A stretch of DNA of 64,000 nucleotides from Smithellaceae bacterium (GTDB taxonomy: Bacteria > Desulfobacterota > Syntrophia > Syntrophales > Smithellaceae): positions 72,131-136,130 of the forward strand of contig JBEKVB010000003.1 in NCBI GenBank assembly GCA_049514435.1, written 5' to 3'. Under the pieces are notes generated by a model. It saw only the letters and a list, made by a program, of their open reading frames with translations. It was not told the DNA's origin and did not search any database. The position numbers and the translations under genes are program-made. Positions 1 to 10,168 of the stretch are shown here, piece after piece (within the stretch, counting starts at the first letter, position 1; every line of letters begins with the position of its first letter).

Positions 1-390
1 CAATTTTTTCCCTTAAAAAAATATTAAGCAAACTTATCTTAAAATACATTTAATGACAAGAACAAGATACTAGTAGTAAACAGCATAATTTATGCCACAG
101 ACCAGGAAAACATTATAATATTAAAGGAATTGGGATTTATTGTGTTTTTGATAAATATCACCGGAGGATAGAAATAAAAAAAGCTATCTGATGTGTGTAA
201 TACAGTTCGCACTGCGAACAGGACTTCACCTGCAAGAATTGATGTTAATAATTTATCCATCGGCCAAAAAGAAATAATTGTTCCATTAAATTATTGTTAT
301 CAATGATAATTCAAGATGGAAACGCTCTGAGGGCACCCAAATATTGTTGTAGAATTTGGTTAAAAATATTGATAAGTATTGTTGCAGATA

Positions 391-1911
391 ATGGATACAT
401 TTACTCTTGCGGCAACCAGCTTTATTATCGCTTTTTCACTCATGCTTACCGGTAAAAAGGATAAGCTGCATGGGTCTTTTGCCGCTCTTTGCACCACCGT
501 TTTTATTTTGCAAATCGCCGTTTTCCTCCGCCCTATCTTCGCTTCCGAATTTTGGGTAACTGCTGAATATATGGGAAGCCTGGCTATTGCGCCTTTTGCT
601 CTTCGCTTTTTCCGCCATCTGACCCGCAATAAATCTTTTATTTCGCGGGGAGTGGTTTTTATTTTCACTATCCTCAGTTCAGCGGGTGTTTTCTCTCTTT
701 TTATGGCAGTATCTGAATTGCCGCATTTTAAAGCTATCATATTATCTTACACCTTTAGTGCTCTCGCGCTCTGCTATATTGCCTTGTTACTTCATGTAAA
801 CAAATTACCTCCCAGCACCGAAAAAAAACGTTTGGGGTACTTGCTCGTTGCTTGTCCCCTTGCTGTGATAGTAAGCACTATTGATCTATTTAGTTACTTA
901 GGATTCAACTTTCCCCCGATAACCGGTCTTGCTCTATCAGCTTTGCTTTATCTAATTTTATTAATCATTGCTTATCCACAGCTCCATGAACTGCATGACT
1001 TTTTCGCCCGGGCGCTGGTAATTTTTATCAGCACGCTTGCCGGCACGATTATATTTTATTTTGTTGCCTTATTTTTCAGCTCCAACATACCTTCTTTTAC
1101 CAGCGTCCTGATGGCTTCTTTTTTAATTGCTATTTCCCTTTCGCCGATAAAAATGATTTTGAAAAAAAGTTTTAGCTACTTTTATCCCGACAGCAAAGAT
1201 GTTTTCACTTCTCTTTATGAATTCGACGAAAAGCTGGAAAGGGAAAAAGCCTTGATGCTGGCGGAAATGGCACCGGTTTTCGCTCATGAAATTCGCAATC
1301 CGCTGGGTTCGATAAAAGGCGCTGCCCAGTACTTGAAATCGGAAACACCATCCGAAGAGCAGCAAAATCTTCTCGATGTCATTATTGAAGAAGTAAACAG
1401 GCTCAATGCCGTAGTCAATCAATTTCTTGATTACGCCCGGCCATACAAACTCGATCTTAAAGCTCAAAACATCAACGTGATTATTCAAAAGGCTATCTCC
1501 ATCATCGCGGCCAATCGGCTGGCGGAAAACATTGCTATTGTCCGGGAGTTGAATCACAACCTGCCCGAAGTGGAAGTAGACGAACAACAATTTATGCAGA
1601 TCATCTTAAATATAGCCCTGAACGCGATCGAAGCAATGCCGCAGGGCGGCACTTTAACTTTTCGCACATCCAACATCGAATCCGGAACCGAAGGAGCAAT
1701 AAGCATAACGATTCGCGATACGGGAAGCGGAATAAGCAAAGAGGAAATAAAAAATATTTTCAAGCCATTTTTCACAACCAAGAAAAGAGGTGTTGGGCTT
1801 GGTCTGGCTATTTGCCAAAGAATCATCAAAGAGCACGGCGGAATCATCCGGGTAAAATCAATTCCTGCGCAAGGAACTGTATTCTTCATCAAGCTCAATG
1901 CAGCCGGCTAA
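391..1911 (+). CDS. membrane-bound sensor histidine kinase
   Basis: ORF 379..1911, first ATG at 391. Multiple N-terminal hydrophobic helices. H-box FAHEIRNPLGSIKGA, N-box LNIALNAIEAM, G-boxes IRDTGSGI and GVGLGLAICQ. Confidence 0.9.
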   Translation: MDTFTLAATSFIIAFSLMLTGKKDKLHGSFAALCTTVFILQIAVFLRPIFASEFWVTAEYMGSLAIAPFALRFFRHLTRNKSFISRGVVFIFTILSSAGVFSLFMAVSELPHFKAIILSYTFSALALCYIALLLHVNKLPPSTEKKRLGYLLVACPLAVIVSTIDLFSYLGFNFPPITGLALSALLYLILLIIAYPQLHELHDFFARALVIFISTLAGTIIFYFVALFFSSNIPSFTSVLMASFLIAISLSPIKMILKKSFSYFYPDSKDVFTSLYEFDEKLEREKALMLAEMAPVFAHEIRNPLGSIKGAAQYLKSETPSEEQQNLLDVIIEEVNRLNAVVNQFLDYARPYKLDLKAQNINVIIQKAISIIAANRLAENIAIVRELNHNLPEVEVDEQQFMQIILNIALNAIEAMPQGGTLTFRTSNIESGTEGAISITIRDTGSGISKEEIKNIFKPFFTTKKRGVGLGLAICQRIIKEHGGIIRVKSIPAQGTVFFIKLNAAG

Positions 1912-1965
1912 ACTTTAAACACAATCCAACTTGATTTAAATGCTAAAGCATAATAATTGTAAACC

Positions 1966-3339
1966 ATGAATAAAATTTTAATCGTTGACGATGAATTAAA
2001 TATGCGGCTGGTGTTGTCCGCCATGCTCAAAAAAGAAGGCTATGAAATTGCTTCCGCCTCCGACGGACGGGAAGCTCTGCAAATTTTAAAATCAAGTAAA
2101 ATAGCCGCGGTCGTATCCGATTTGAAAATGCCGGATATTGACGGCATGGAGCTGCTCAGCCGTATTTCTGAAAAGTATCCGGAAATACCCGTGATTATGA
2201 TTACCGCTCACGGCACTGTCGCCACTGCCGTCGAAGCTCTGAAGAAAGGCGCTTTGGATTATATTACCAAACCGTTTGATATAGATGAGTTAAAAAACGT
2301 TATCTCCAAAGCAATAAAAACACGCACTCTAAAAGAAAACGAATTGTTTTTGCCGCCGGAAGAAATTGAACGCACTGGTATTATCGGCACAAGCAGACGC
2401 ACACTGGAGATATTTGAGGCTATCAAAAGGGTCGCTCCGACGACAACAACAATTATGATCACCGGGGAAACCGGCACCGGAAAAGAGTTAGTGGCCGACG
2501 CCATTCATTATAACTCTCCGCGCAAAAAAAATCCGCTCATCAAAATCAACTGCGCGGCCATTTCTGAAACTCTGATGGAAAGCGAACTATTCGGTTATGA
2601 AAAAGGGGCTTACACCGGCGCCGCCATTACCAAGCCGGGGAAATTCGAATTGGCTCATAAAGGGACTTTGTTTCTGGACGAGGTGGGAGAAATTCCGCGC
2701 GATATGCAGGTAAAACTCTTACGCGTTATTCAGGAGCAGGAATTTGAACGAGTCGGCGGACTAAAAACAATAAAAGTGGATGTACGCATTATTGCCGCCA
2801 CCAATCAAAATCTTTTACAGCAGGTACAGGCGGGAAATTTTCGTGAAGATTTATACTACCGTTTCAATGTTTTTCCTATTGATGTCCCACCGCTCAGGGA
2901 AAGAAAAGAAGACATCCTGCCTCTGGTTGATTATTTCGTGGATAAATTTAATAAAAAGCTGGGGCTCTCTGTAGCTATTGACAGCGAAGTAAAGGAAATG
3001 CTTTTGCGCCATGAATGGCCGGGCAACATCCGCGAACTGGAAAATCTCATCGAAAGAATGATGCTGCTGGCAAAGAATAATCTGATTACGTCCCGGGAAG
3101 TTCCCGGCGAATTCAAGGCCGCTCTGGATAAAATCGTAACGGTGCCGGCAGATGACGGCAAAAAACCATTTAAAGAGTATATGCGTGATCACGTGGAAAA
3201 TGTAGAGAGACAAATGATTATCAAGTGCCTCGAAGAAGCCGGCGGCAACATCACCAACGCGGCTAAACAACTGGGGCTTAGCCGCAAGGGATTGCAATTA
3301 AAGATGATCAAATACAACCTGCGCAAAGAATCAAAGTAA
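1966..3339 (+). CDS. sigma-54-dependent response regulator (NtrC/AtoC family)
   Basis: Receiver domain (DDELNMR, SDLKMPDIDG). AAA+ Walker A GETGTGKE, GAYTGA loop, ESELFG. C-terminal Fis-type HTH NITNAAKQLGLSRKGL. Lies directly downstream of the kinase. Confidence 0.93.
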   Translation: MNKILIVDDELNMRLVLSAMLKKEGYEIASASDGREALQILKSSKIAAVVSDLKMPDIDGMELLSRISEKYPEIPVIMITAHGTVATAVEALKKGALDYITKPFDIDELKNVISKAIKTRTLKENELFLPPEEIERTGIIGTSRRTLEIFEAIKRVAPTTTTIMITGETGTGKELVADAIHYNSPRKKNPLIKINCAAISETLMESELFGYEKGAYTGAAITKPGKFELAHKGTLFLDEVGEIPRDMQVKLLRVIQEQEFERVGGLKTIKVDVRIIAATNQNLLQQVQAGNFREDLYYRFNVFPIDVPPLRERKEDILPLVDYFVDKFNKKLGLSVAIDSEVKEMLLRHEWPGNIRELENLIERMMLLAKNNLITSREVPGEFKAALDKIVTVPADDGKKPFKEYMRDHVENVERQMIIKCLEEAGGNITNAAKQLGLSRKGLQLKMIKYNLRKESK

Positions 3340-3390
3340 AGAATAAGATGTAGTCCTTAGCAATACATCTTTGATAAACTAAGTAAGAGC

Positions 3391-4233
3391 CTACTTACTT
3401 TTTCTTTCCTTCTCGATGAATTTAGTCGTATTGCGAAAACTTAACATACCTGGCAGAGAAAAATAATCCTTATACTTCTTTTTCAGCTCCGCTTGTTTTT
3501 CCGGTTTTCCGATAGCATCGCCGATAGAAACAAAGTAGTCTTTCATTACAGCAAGAGCGCTTTGATCCGAAATCTTTCCATGACCCGGAATTAAGGTTCT
3601 TATTTTATATTTTTGGGAAAGTGAATCAAGAACGCCTATCCAGGAAGCTACGTTGGCGCCACTCTCTGCATGTAAAGCCGCGTGCATATCGAGAAGTACT
3701 AAATCGCCGGCAACGAGAAGTTTACGCTTTTCACAATAGACAACCACATCGTTCCACGTATGCGCCCTCCCCATATTGCGAATGTGCACGGTTTCGCTCC
3801 CAATCTTAATCACTTTTTCCTCACCGGGTTTTAAAGCCAGGTCAGGATACCTGCTGGTTTTTTTAGAATCATTGTCCCACTGTTCATTGGTGTACGCCCC
3901 GGAAATGATTTTTGCCGCTGGATAAAGCGCGTTCCCACCGGTATGATCGTAATGTGCGTGTGTATTGACAATTGTTATCTCCGCAGCCTTCACTTCATCT
4001 CTTAGTTTTTTTGCCGCTCTCATCATCTTTGTATCAACGACAAGAGCTTTGGAGCCATCCTCGGAAGTCAAAACAATCGAGTTTCCTCCGCCGCCGAGAT
4101 ATACCGTCAATTGAGGGTCAAGCTGGACAGTCTCCACTTTTCCGAACTGCTGGTATATTTTCCAGAAATAGAAACCGCCTACAGCAATGATTGCTACAAT
4201 CAACAAAACAACAATAAGCAGAACCTTTTTCAT
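3391..4233 (-). CDS. MBL-fold metallo-hydrolase with N-terminal membrane anchor
   Basis: HxHxDH motif HAHYDHTGG, later His/Asp ligands (PGHG), N-terminal hydrophobic helix. Confidence 0.85.
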   Translation of the reverse strand: MKKVLLIVVLLIVAIIAVGGFYFWKIYQQFGKVETVQLDPQLTVYLGGGGNSIVLTSEDGSKALVVDTKMMRAAKKLRDEVKAAEITIVNTHAHYDHTGGNALYPAAKIISGAYTNEQWDNDSKKTSRYPDLALKPGEEKVIKIGSETVHIRNMGRAHTWNDVVVYCEKRKLLVAGDLVLLDMHAALHAESGANVASWIGVLDSLSQKYKIRTLIPGHGKISDQSALAVMKDYFVSIGDAIGKPEKQAELKKKYKDYFSLPGMLSFRNTTKFIEKERKSK

Positions 4234-4450
4234 AATGCCTCCTTAGGAGTCAATAATGTGGTTATACAACTCCCCTACAATATTGTTGATTAATTTTACT
4301 CTCTTGCTAACTTAGGTGAATACTAAAGATTACATACCGTTATGTCAAGATAAAACCGCCCGGATAAAAACAGCAAAAGCTTCTCGGGTTAGAGATGGAT
4401 ATTCTTGTAATCGCCTTGAAGTTAATGTATAAATTCCGCAAGGAGATATT

Positions 4451-5590
4451 ATGTTGACCAAAGAAGATATTATTGCGGAAGCCAAACGGCTGGGATTTGC
4501 CGATATCGGTTTCACTGACGCGGAGCCTTTTTCCTCTCAAAAAGAATATTTGCTGGCGCATCAGGAAGAGTATGGCTGGACAGAGGCTGCCGGTTTCAGT
4601 TTGCTTGCCGGAACGGATCCCAAAAACATCCTCCCTAATGCAAAATCCATAATCGTACTGTTGGAGTCTTATTTCGAAGAAGCGTTTCCGCTCAAAATGG
4701 AACGTCATTTCGGCCGCTGTTATCATAATGATGATCGGGTTACTAAAGATGGTCTGGCGCTTAAAGTCAAAGCCTTTCGTCAATTCCTCAAGGCGAACGA
4801 CATGGACTCCAAGGTGCCGCCCCACATGCCTCACCGTCTTTCAGCCGCGCGAGCCGGATTAGGGACTTTCGGCAATAACTGCGTTTTTTACGCACGGCGT
4901 GTTGCCCGCGCCAGTTCGTTTGTGTTTCCCATCGCCATTTTAATTGATGCTGAATATCCTCCCGATGAACCGACTATTGCCATCGGTTGTCCGGAATGGT
5001 GCCGTAATGCCTGCGTGGCAGCGTGTCCTACGCACGCGCTCAAAGGAGGTGGGAAGATTGATCCTCACCGCTGCATCTCTTATTTGACATATTATGGCGA
5101 AGGACTCACGCCCCTTGAACTCCGCGAACCCATGGGCATGTATGTGTACGGATGTGATCGCTGTCAGAATGTTTGTCCCCGCAATACCCCCTGGATGGCC
5201 GAAGAAAAGTCTCCCCATGCTAAAGTAGCGGCCAAGGCCGCAAATTTCGATCTGTCCTGCCTCCTACATATGGACAAGCCATACTTCGAGCAGAAGATAT
5301 GGCCGCACATGTTCTATATGTCTGCAGATGATCTCTGGCGCTGGAAGATGAATACGGCTCGCGCCATGGGCAATACTCTCAAACCTGTTTACGTTAAAGA
5401 CCTCATCCGGGCATTCCAAGAAAATTCCGATGAACGCGTAAAGAGTATGATCGTGTGGGCACTAGGCCGTATTGGCGGAAGCCAGGCCAAAACCGCTCTG
5501 AAAAAGTTTCTCCAGGATAGTGCGGGCAAGGTAAAAGAAGAAATCACACAGGCTATTGAAGCATCCGAAAGCAGCATGCTCAGCCGCTAA
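4451..5590 (+). CDS. queG: tRNA epoxyqueuosine(34) reductase-like Fe-S protein
   Basis: QueG-type N-terminus MLTKEDIIAEAKRLGFADIGFT. Two 4Fe-4S motifs (CPEWCRNACVAACP, CDRCQNVCP). C-terminal HEAT-like repeats. Confidence 0.82.
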   Translation: MLTKEDIIAEAKRLGFADIGFTDAEPFSSQKEYLLAHQEEYGWTEAAGFSLLAGTDPKNILPNAKSIIVLLESYFEEAFPLKMERHFGRCYHNDDRVTKDGLALKVKAFRQFLKANDMDSKVPPHMPHRLSAARAGLGTFGNNCVFYARRVARASSFVFPIAILIDAEYPPDEPTIAIGCPEWCRNACVAACPTHALKGGGKIDPHRCISYLTYYGEGLTPLELREPMGMYVYGCDRCQNVCPRNTPWMAEEKSPHAKVAAKAANFDLSCLLHMDKPYFEQKIWPHMFYMSADDLWRWKMNTARAMGNTLKPVYVKDLIRAFQENSDERVKSMIVWALGRIGGSQAKTALKKFLQDSAGKVKEEITQAIEASESSMLSR

Positions 5591-5631
5591 ATATTTCATT
5601 AATGCCAACAATATATCTTGTTTTAATTATC

Positions 5632-5660
5632 TTGACACACAAGTGCCGCCTTCATATACT
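5632..5660 (+). promoter_or_regulatory. sigma-70-type promoter
   Basis: TTGACA (5632-5637), 17 nt spacer, TATACT (5655-5660). About 55 nt upstream of the ATG at 5715. Confidence 0.6.
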
Positions 5661-5714
5661 CGGCAAACCAAAAGCAAGTTTTTAGTAAAAATAATTTGAA
5701 AGGAGTTTGAATCT

Positions 5715-6887
5715 ATGAAAGCAGGAGAAATCAAAACAATCGCAATCGTGGGCGCAGGAGATATGGGCCACGGCATCGCGGAAGTTTGCGCCCTGGCCGG
5801 GTTAAAAGTAAATCTTTATGACATCAAGCAGGAATTTGTAGATAAGGGCAAAGGCAAAATAAAAGAAAGCCTGGAGAAACAGGTCGCCAAACAAAAGATG
5901 ACGGCAGATAATTCCAATAAGATAATGAATAATATCCATGGCTTCACGGTTTTAAAAGAAGCGGTGAAAGATATTGATTACAGTATTGAAGCCGCTCCGG
6001 AAATACTCGAGCTTAAGGTAAAGATATTCAAAGAAATTGACGAAAACGCTCCCAAACAAGCTATACTCGCTTCCAATACATCCAATATGAGTATTACTCA
6101 AATGGCAGCCGCTACAAAAAGACCAGATAAAGTAGTGGGAATTCATTTTTTTAATCCGCCGGTCATGATGGCTCTTGTTGAAGTTATCCGCGGTCAGAAA
6201 ACCTCTGAAGAGACTGTGAACATCAGTTATGATTTTATCCTGAGATTAAAAAACTTCAGAGGCGCTATGGTTCCGGTTCGTGTAGAGAGAGATTCACCGG
6301 GATTTATTTTCAACAGAATTAACGCGCCGGTAGGATTATATCTGGCCGAGATATACGAGAAGGGGCTTATAATTCCTGAGGCCGTTGATGCCAAAATCAG
6401 ATCAATCGGCGCCCCGATGGGCCCATACGAAACAATGGATTTTGCCGGACTTGATGTTTACGCCCATGGTTCGGATTATTTTGCCAAAACATTATCTCCG
6501 GAATTCAAACCTAGTAACTGGTTGAAGAAAATGGTCGAAGCCGGCACGCTGGGCAAAAAGACCGGCAAAGGTATTTTCAATTGGCCGGGAGGCGCCAGGC
6601 CCACGATAGACATGAGTAAAGCCGATCCCAACTTTGACCTGATGGATATTGTATGTCTTCAGGTTAATGAGGGAACCAAACTTTTACAGGAGGGTGTTAC
6701 AAGTAGCGCCGCTGAAATCGATAAGGCCATGATCAACGGAGGCGGTTCGCCCTTTGGACCATTTGCTCTTGCCAAAGGAATGGGCTGGGCAAAAGTAGCC
6801 GAACGATGCGAGGCTATTTCGAAAAAGCTTGGCATTAAGTGGTTTCTGCCCACCGACACGCTGAAAAAAGGGAATATCCAGATTTAG
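5715..6887 (+). CDS. 3-hydroxyacyl-CoA dehydrogenase family protein
   Basis: Rossmann motif IVGAGDMGHGIA. NTSNMSITQMA and HFFNPP motifs typical of 3HCDH N/C domains. RBS AGGAG upstream. Confidence 0.88.
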   Translation: MKAGEIKTIAIVGAGDMGHGIAEVCALAGLKVNLYDIKQEFVDKGKGKIKESLEKQVAKQKMTADNSNKIMNNIHGFTVLKEAVKDIDYSIEAAPEILELKVKIFKEIDENAPKQAILASNTSNMSITQMAAATKRPDKVVGIHFFNPPVMMALVEVIRGQKTSEETVNISYDFILRLKNFRGAMVPVRVERDSPGFIFNRINAPVGLYLAEIYEKGLIIPEAVDAKIRSIGAPMGPYETMDFAGLDVYAHGSDYFAKTLSPEFKPSNWLKKMVEAGTLGKKTGKGIFNWPGGARPTIDMSKADPNFDLMDIVCLQVNEGTKLLQEGVTSSAAEIDKAMINGGGSPFGPFALAKGMGWAKVAERCEAISKKLGIKWFLPTDTLKKGNIQI

Positions 6888-6910
6888 TCATAACCATTGG
6901 AGAATAAGAA

Positions 6911-6946
6911 AAGGGAGCTCATTTAAAAAAATGAACTCCCTTTTTT
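6911..6946. terminator. bidirectional intrinsic terminator
   Basis: Hairpin AAGGGAGCTCATTT/AAATGAACTCCCTT flanked by A-run and T-run. Sits between convergent genes. Confidence 0.7.
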
Positions 6947-7010
6947 AAAACGAACCTCCCTCGCCGCAAGCAGTGGGGTATCTGATCAGAGATATCCCGA
7001 ATCGCTGCGC

Positions 7011-7490
7011 TTAATGCGCTGTTACTTCCATGTTCTCAATCACCAGGTCATCTTTTATTTCTATACAGCCCATGATGCTCTGGGCGGCGGGGCAAAATTT
7101 CAAATAAGAAGAAAAAGCATCCTGTGCTTCGGCTACTTTTTCCGGATGAATTTTTAAATAATACTTAACACGAATTTGAGTGATTTTGAGCACATTATTG
7201 ATATTTTCTATATCTCCTTCAACATCAGCCCGGTAACGTTCTTCAGAAGTGGAAATTTTCTTTCCGGCCAGCAACGCGGCCAGTGTTCCCATCATTCAGG
7301 CGGCAGTCGCCGCTACAATATGATCAAGCGTTGCGGCATGTTCTTTTTCCGGTTCTACTTTATAAAATTTCTTTATCCCGCCATGGACTCCATAATAAAT
7401 CGGTTCATTAAAGCCCTCAATAATGGCCTTTCTTGTCGGGCCATTTTCGCGCACAATTTTAATACGCGATGTATGCACTATCTCTCCCAT
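7011..7490 (-). CDS. OsmC/Ohr-family peroxiredoxin, candidate selenoprotein (in-frame UGA at 7296-7298)
   Basis: ORFs 7296..7490 and 7011..7295 are in the same frame, separated only by TGA. The joined sequence LDHIVAATAA-U-MMGTLAALLAG matches the OsmC helix that carries the peroxidatic Cys. The second motif FCPAAQS is present. Confidence 0.7.
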
Positions 7491-7546
7491 GCGACATCCC
7501 CCCTCTTTATTTTACGGATGGTTAATCCTCGTTATAAGCAACTTTA

Positions 7547-8179
7547 TTAAAATTGAACACCTTGAGCAATAAATACGGCAATGCCTCTGCGAATAATCAT
7601 TACAGCAATTGCCGCCAAAAGCAGGCTGCTGATTTTCGACATCGTCTTCGAACCTGTTTTACCGAGAACGCGATTGATCAGCGGAGCTGAAAGAAAAATA
7701 CCACCGGCGATCAAAATATTGATAATAATCGCCAGAGATGTAATGACCAAAGTGTGCTCATTGATTAGCAGCATTGAGGTGGTCAACACTGCCGGCCCTG
7801 TTATCAGCGGCACACCGATGGGCACGGCGCCCATGCTATCCAGATCAATGGGATATGGACTTTTATCGGTGGAAATAATTTCCCTGATCGAGATAATGAA
7901 AAGGAGCGTTCCGCCAGCGATCATGAAATCAGCAACTGTGATACCGAGTAGGTTCAGTATTATCGTACCCAAGGCAATAAAGGCCAAAGCAACAATTAAC
8001 GCCGTAATCATCGATTGAAAAACAACACGCCTGATTTTTTGCGGCTCAATCCCCTCGGTGAGATTTATAAATAGCGGCAGAACGCCAAAAGCATTTACGG
8101 CCACAAAAAGAGGCACAAAGCACAACCAAAATGATTTCATCATATCCAGGACTCCAATAGTTGATCCATTTATCTGCAT
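7547..8179 (-). CDS. MarC-family (UPF0056) integral membrane protein
   Basis: About 200 aa with six hydrophobic helices and a Gly/Pro-rich loop GAVPIGVPLITGPA, typical of the MarC family. Confidence 0.7.
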   Translation of the reverse strand: MQINGSTIGVLDMMKSFWLCFVPLFVAVNAFGVLPLFINLTEGIEPQKIRRVVFQSMITALIVALAFIALGTIILNLLGITVADFMIAGGTLLFIISIREIISTDKSPYPIDLDSMGAVPIGVPLITGPAVLTTSMLLINEHTLVITSLAIIINILIAGGIFLSAPLINRVLGKTGSKTMSKISSLLLAAIAVMIIRRGIAVFIAQGVQF

Positions 8180-8320
8180 TATACCAAATTGGCGTCAGAA
8201 TGTTACCAAATAAAAGAGCTATTGAGGGGAATATTGGCCATAGCTATCCGGCTTTATAATAGATATTCTTGTAATCATCCAGACATTGTTATATAAGTTC
8301 CATAATTTGTGGAGACGGCA

Positions 8321-9043
8321 ATGCATTTAAAGAGCATAACCATTCATCCGGAAAAATATCCGACTCAAGAGTGTTATCCTTTTTATTTGCCAATTTTTCA
8401 AAAGGCAAAGCAAATTATCTTCAATTCACCGGTTACATTATTTGTAGGCGAAAACGGAACAGGCGAATCTACACTGCTCGAAGCTATCGCCATCGCCTGC
8501 GGCATTCATATCTGGCGCAATTCCGAAAGAAGCCGTCCTGAATACAATCCCTATGAGGATAAACTTCATCAATACATTTCCGTGCAATGGGAAAATGGCC
8601 ATGTTCCCGGATCTTTTTTCGGCTCAAAAATATTTCAGCACTTTGCCGAATTATTAGATGAGTGGGCGGCGGCGGATCGAGGCCAGTTGAATTACTTTGG
8701 CGGAAAATCTTTAACTACTCAGTCTCACGGACAATCGCTGATGTCTTTTTTCCGCAGCCGTTATCAAATTAAAGGGCTTTATCTGCTGGATGAGCCCGAA
8801 ACCGCTCTTTCTCCGAAAAGCCAAATCGAACTGCTTGCCCTCCTTGATAAAATGAGCATCAATGGCCACGCGCAATTCATCATCGCCACTCATTCTCCGA
8901 TATTGCTGGCCTGCCCGGGAGCAAAAATTTATTCATTTGATTATTCCGCGGTCCAGCCAATCCGCTATGAGGAAGCCGCTCACTACCGCCTTTACAAAAA
9001 ATTCATGGAAGACAGAAATGCATTCCTAAATCATGATAAATGA
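8321..9043 (+). CDS. AAA/ABC-like ATPase (soluble)
   Basis: Walker A GENGTGESTLLEA, Walker B LYLLDEPETALSP, H-loop IIATHSP. GGAG RBS 6 nt before the ATG at 8321. Confidence 0.85.
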   Translation: MHLKSITIHPEKYPTQECYPFYLPIFQKAKQIIFNSPVTLFVGENGTGESTLLEAIAIACGIHIWRNSERSRPEYNPYEDKLHQYISVQWENGHVPGSFFGSKIFQHFAELLDEWAAADRGQLNYFGGKSLTTQSHGQSLMSFFRSRYQIKGLYLLDEPETALSPKSQIELLALLDKMSINGHAQFIIATHSPILLACPGAKIYSFDYSAVQPIRYEEAAHYRLYKKFMEDRNAFLNHDK

Positions 9044-9220
9044 GCACCTCGTCAAGACAAGTAATAATACAATCCATTTGTATGCTAATACAACAGCTAT
9101 TATGATTAAATTATTTATTACGTGTATTACTTTTAGTCTTGACATATGATTATGAAATATTTAGAGTTTCATCGCACAAAATATCCTCTTTAAAAGCGAA
9201 GGATACAAATCTTATCTCGC

Positions 9221-10168
9221 ATGAATATTCCAGACCTGCTACAGAAAATGTATCAAGACAAGAGACTGAGCCGGGAACAGCTAAATTCTCTTCTGGATAT
9301 ACATTGGAAAAGACTCTTTTCAGTGCATCACGAATTACGTTTTTTTCTTTATGCTGGTATTTTGCTCATCATCGCCGGGCTGGGTTTTACAATCAAACAA
9401 TACTTCGCACAACTAGGCGATATTGCCATCATCAGCACTTTAACTCTCTGTGCGTGCACCGCTTTTATTTACTGTTTTATTAAGGGGAATAATTATTCCA
9501 AAGAAGAAGTTACCTCGCCCAATCTCCTGTTTGATTACATCCTATTTTTCGGCTGCACCGTCTACTCGATGGATATTGCTTATATTGAAACACAATTCCA
9601 TGTTTTGGGCGATCTTTGGAATAACTATTTATTAGTTTCTGCTGCCTTATTCCTTTTTCTGGCATACCGTTTTGATAATCGCCCTGTTTTATCACTGGGC
9701 TTATCCACTCTCGCGGCCTGGTTCGGTTTTACTTTATCCGGACACCGCTTTTCCTTTCAGGAATATTATCGCCTATACGCTATTACTTACAGCATTATTG
9801 TTTTTTTAGGAGGAGGATTTATCTACTTGCTATCAATGAAGAAACATTTCTTCGATATCTATCTTAATTTCGCTGTTAACTTTCTCTTTATTGCGCTGAT
9901 TTCTGGCGTAATTGATTACAAATTATTCTCTCTTTATTTTCTTGGTTTGCTCGTTGCCTGCATTATTCTTGTTTTATATTCCCTTCATACCCGAAAATTT
10001 CTCTATATGCTTTACGGAATCATCTACGGCTATATAGGAATCAGCATCGGGTTTTTTGATTTAATCCGGCATGAAACTTCGCTGGTGTTTTTGTATTTCA
10101 TTTTTACTTCGTTGGCAGTGATAATTATGATTTTTCTTTTATCCCGCAAGTTCAAGGAGGATGAATGA
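9221..10168 (+). CDS. polytopic membrane protein, unknown function
   Basis: 315-aa ORF with 8 or more hydrophobic helices after a short soluble N-terminus. Overlaps the next ORF by 4 nt (ATGA). Confidence 0.6.
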   Translation: MNIPDLLQKMYQDKRLSREQLNSLLDIHWKRLFSVHHELRFFLYAGILLIIAGLGFTIKQYFAQLGDIAIISTLTLCACTAFIYCFIKGNNYSKEEVTSPNLLFDYILFFGCTVYSMDIAYIETQFHVLGDLWNNYLLVSAALFLFLAYRFDNRPVLSLGLSTLAAWFGFTLSGHRFSFQEYYRLYAITYSIIVFLGGGFIYLLSMKKHFFDIYLNFAVNFLFIALISGVIDYKLFSLYFLGLLVACIILVLYSLHTRKFLYMLYGIIYGYIGISIGFFDLIRHETSLVFLYFIFTSLAVIIMIFLLSRKFKEDE

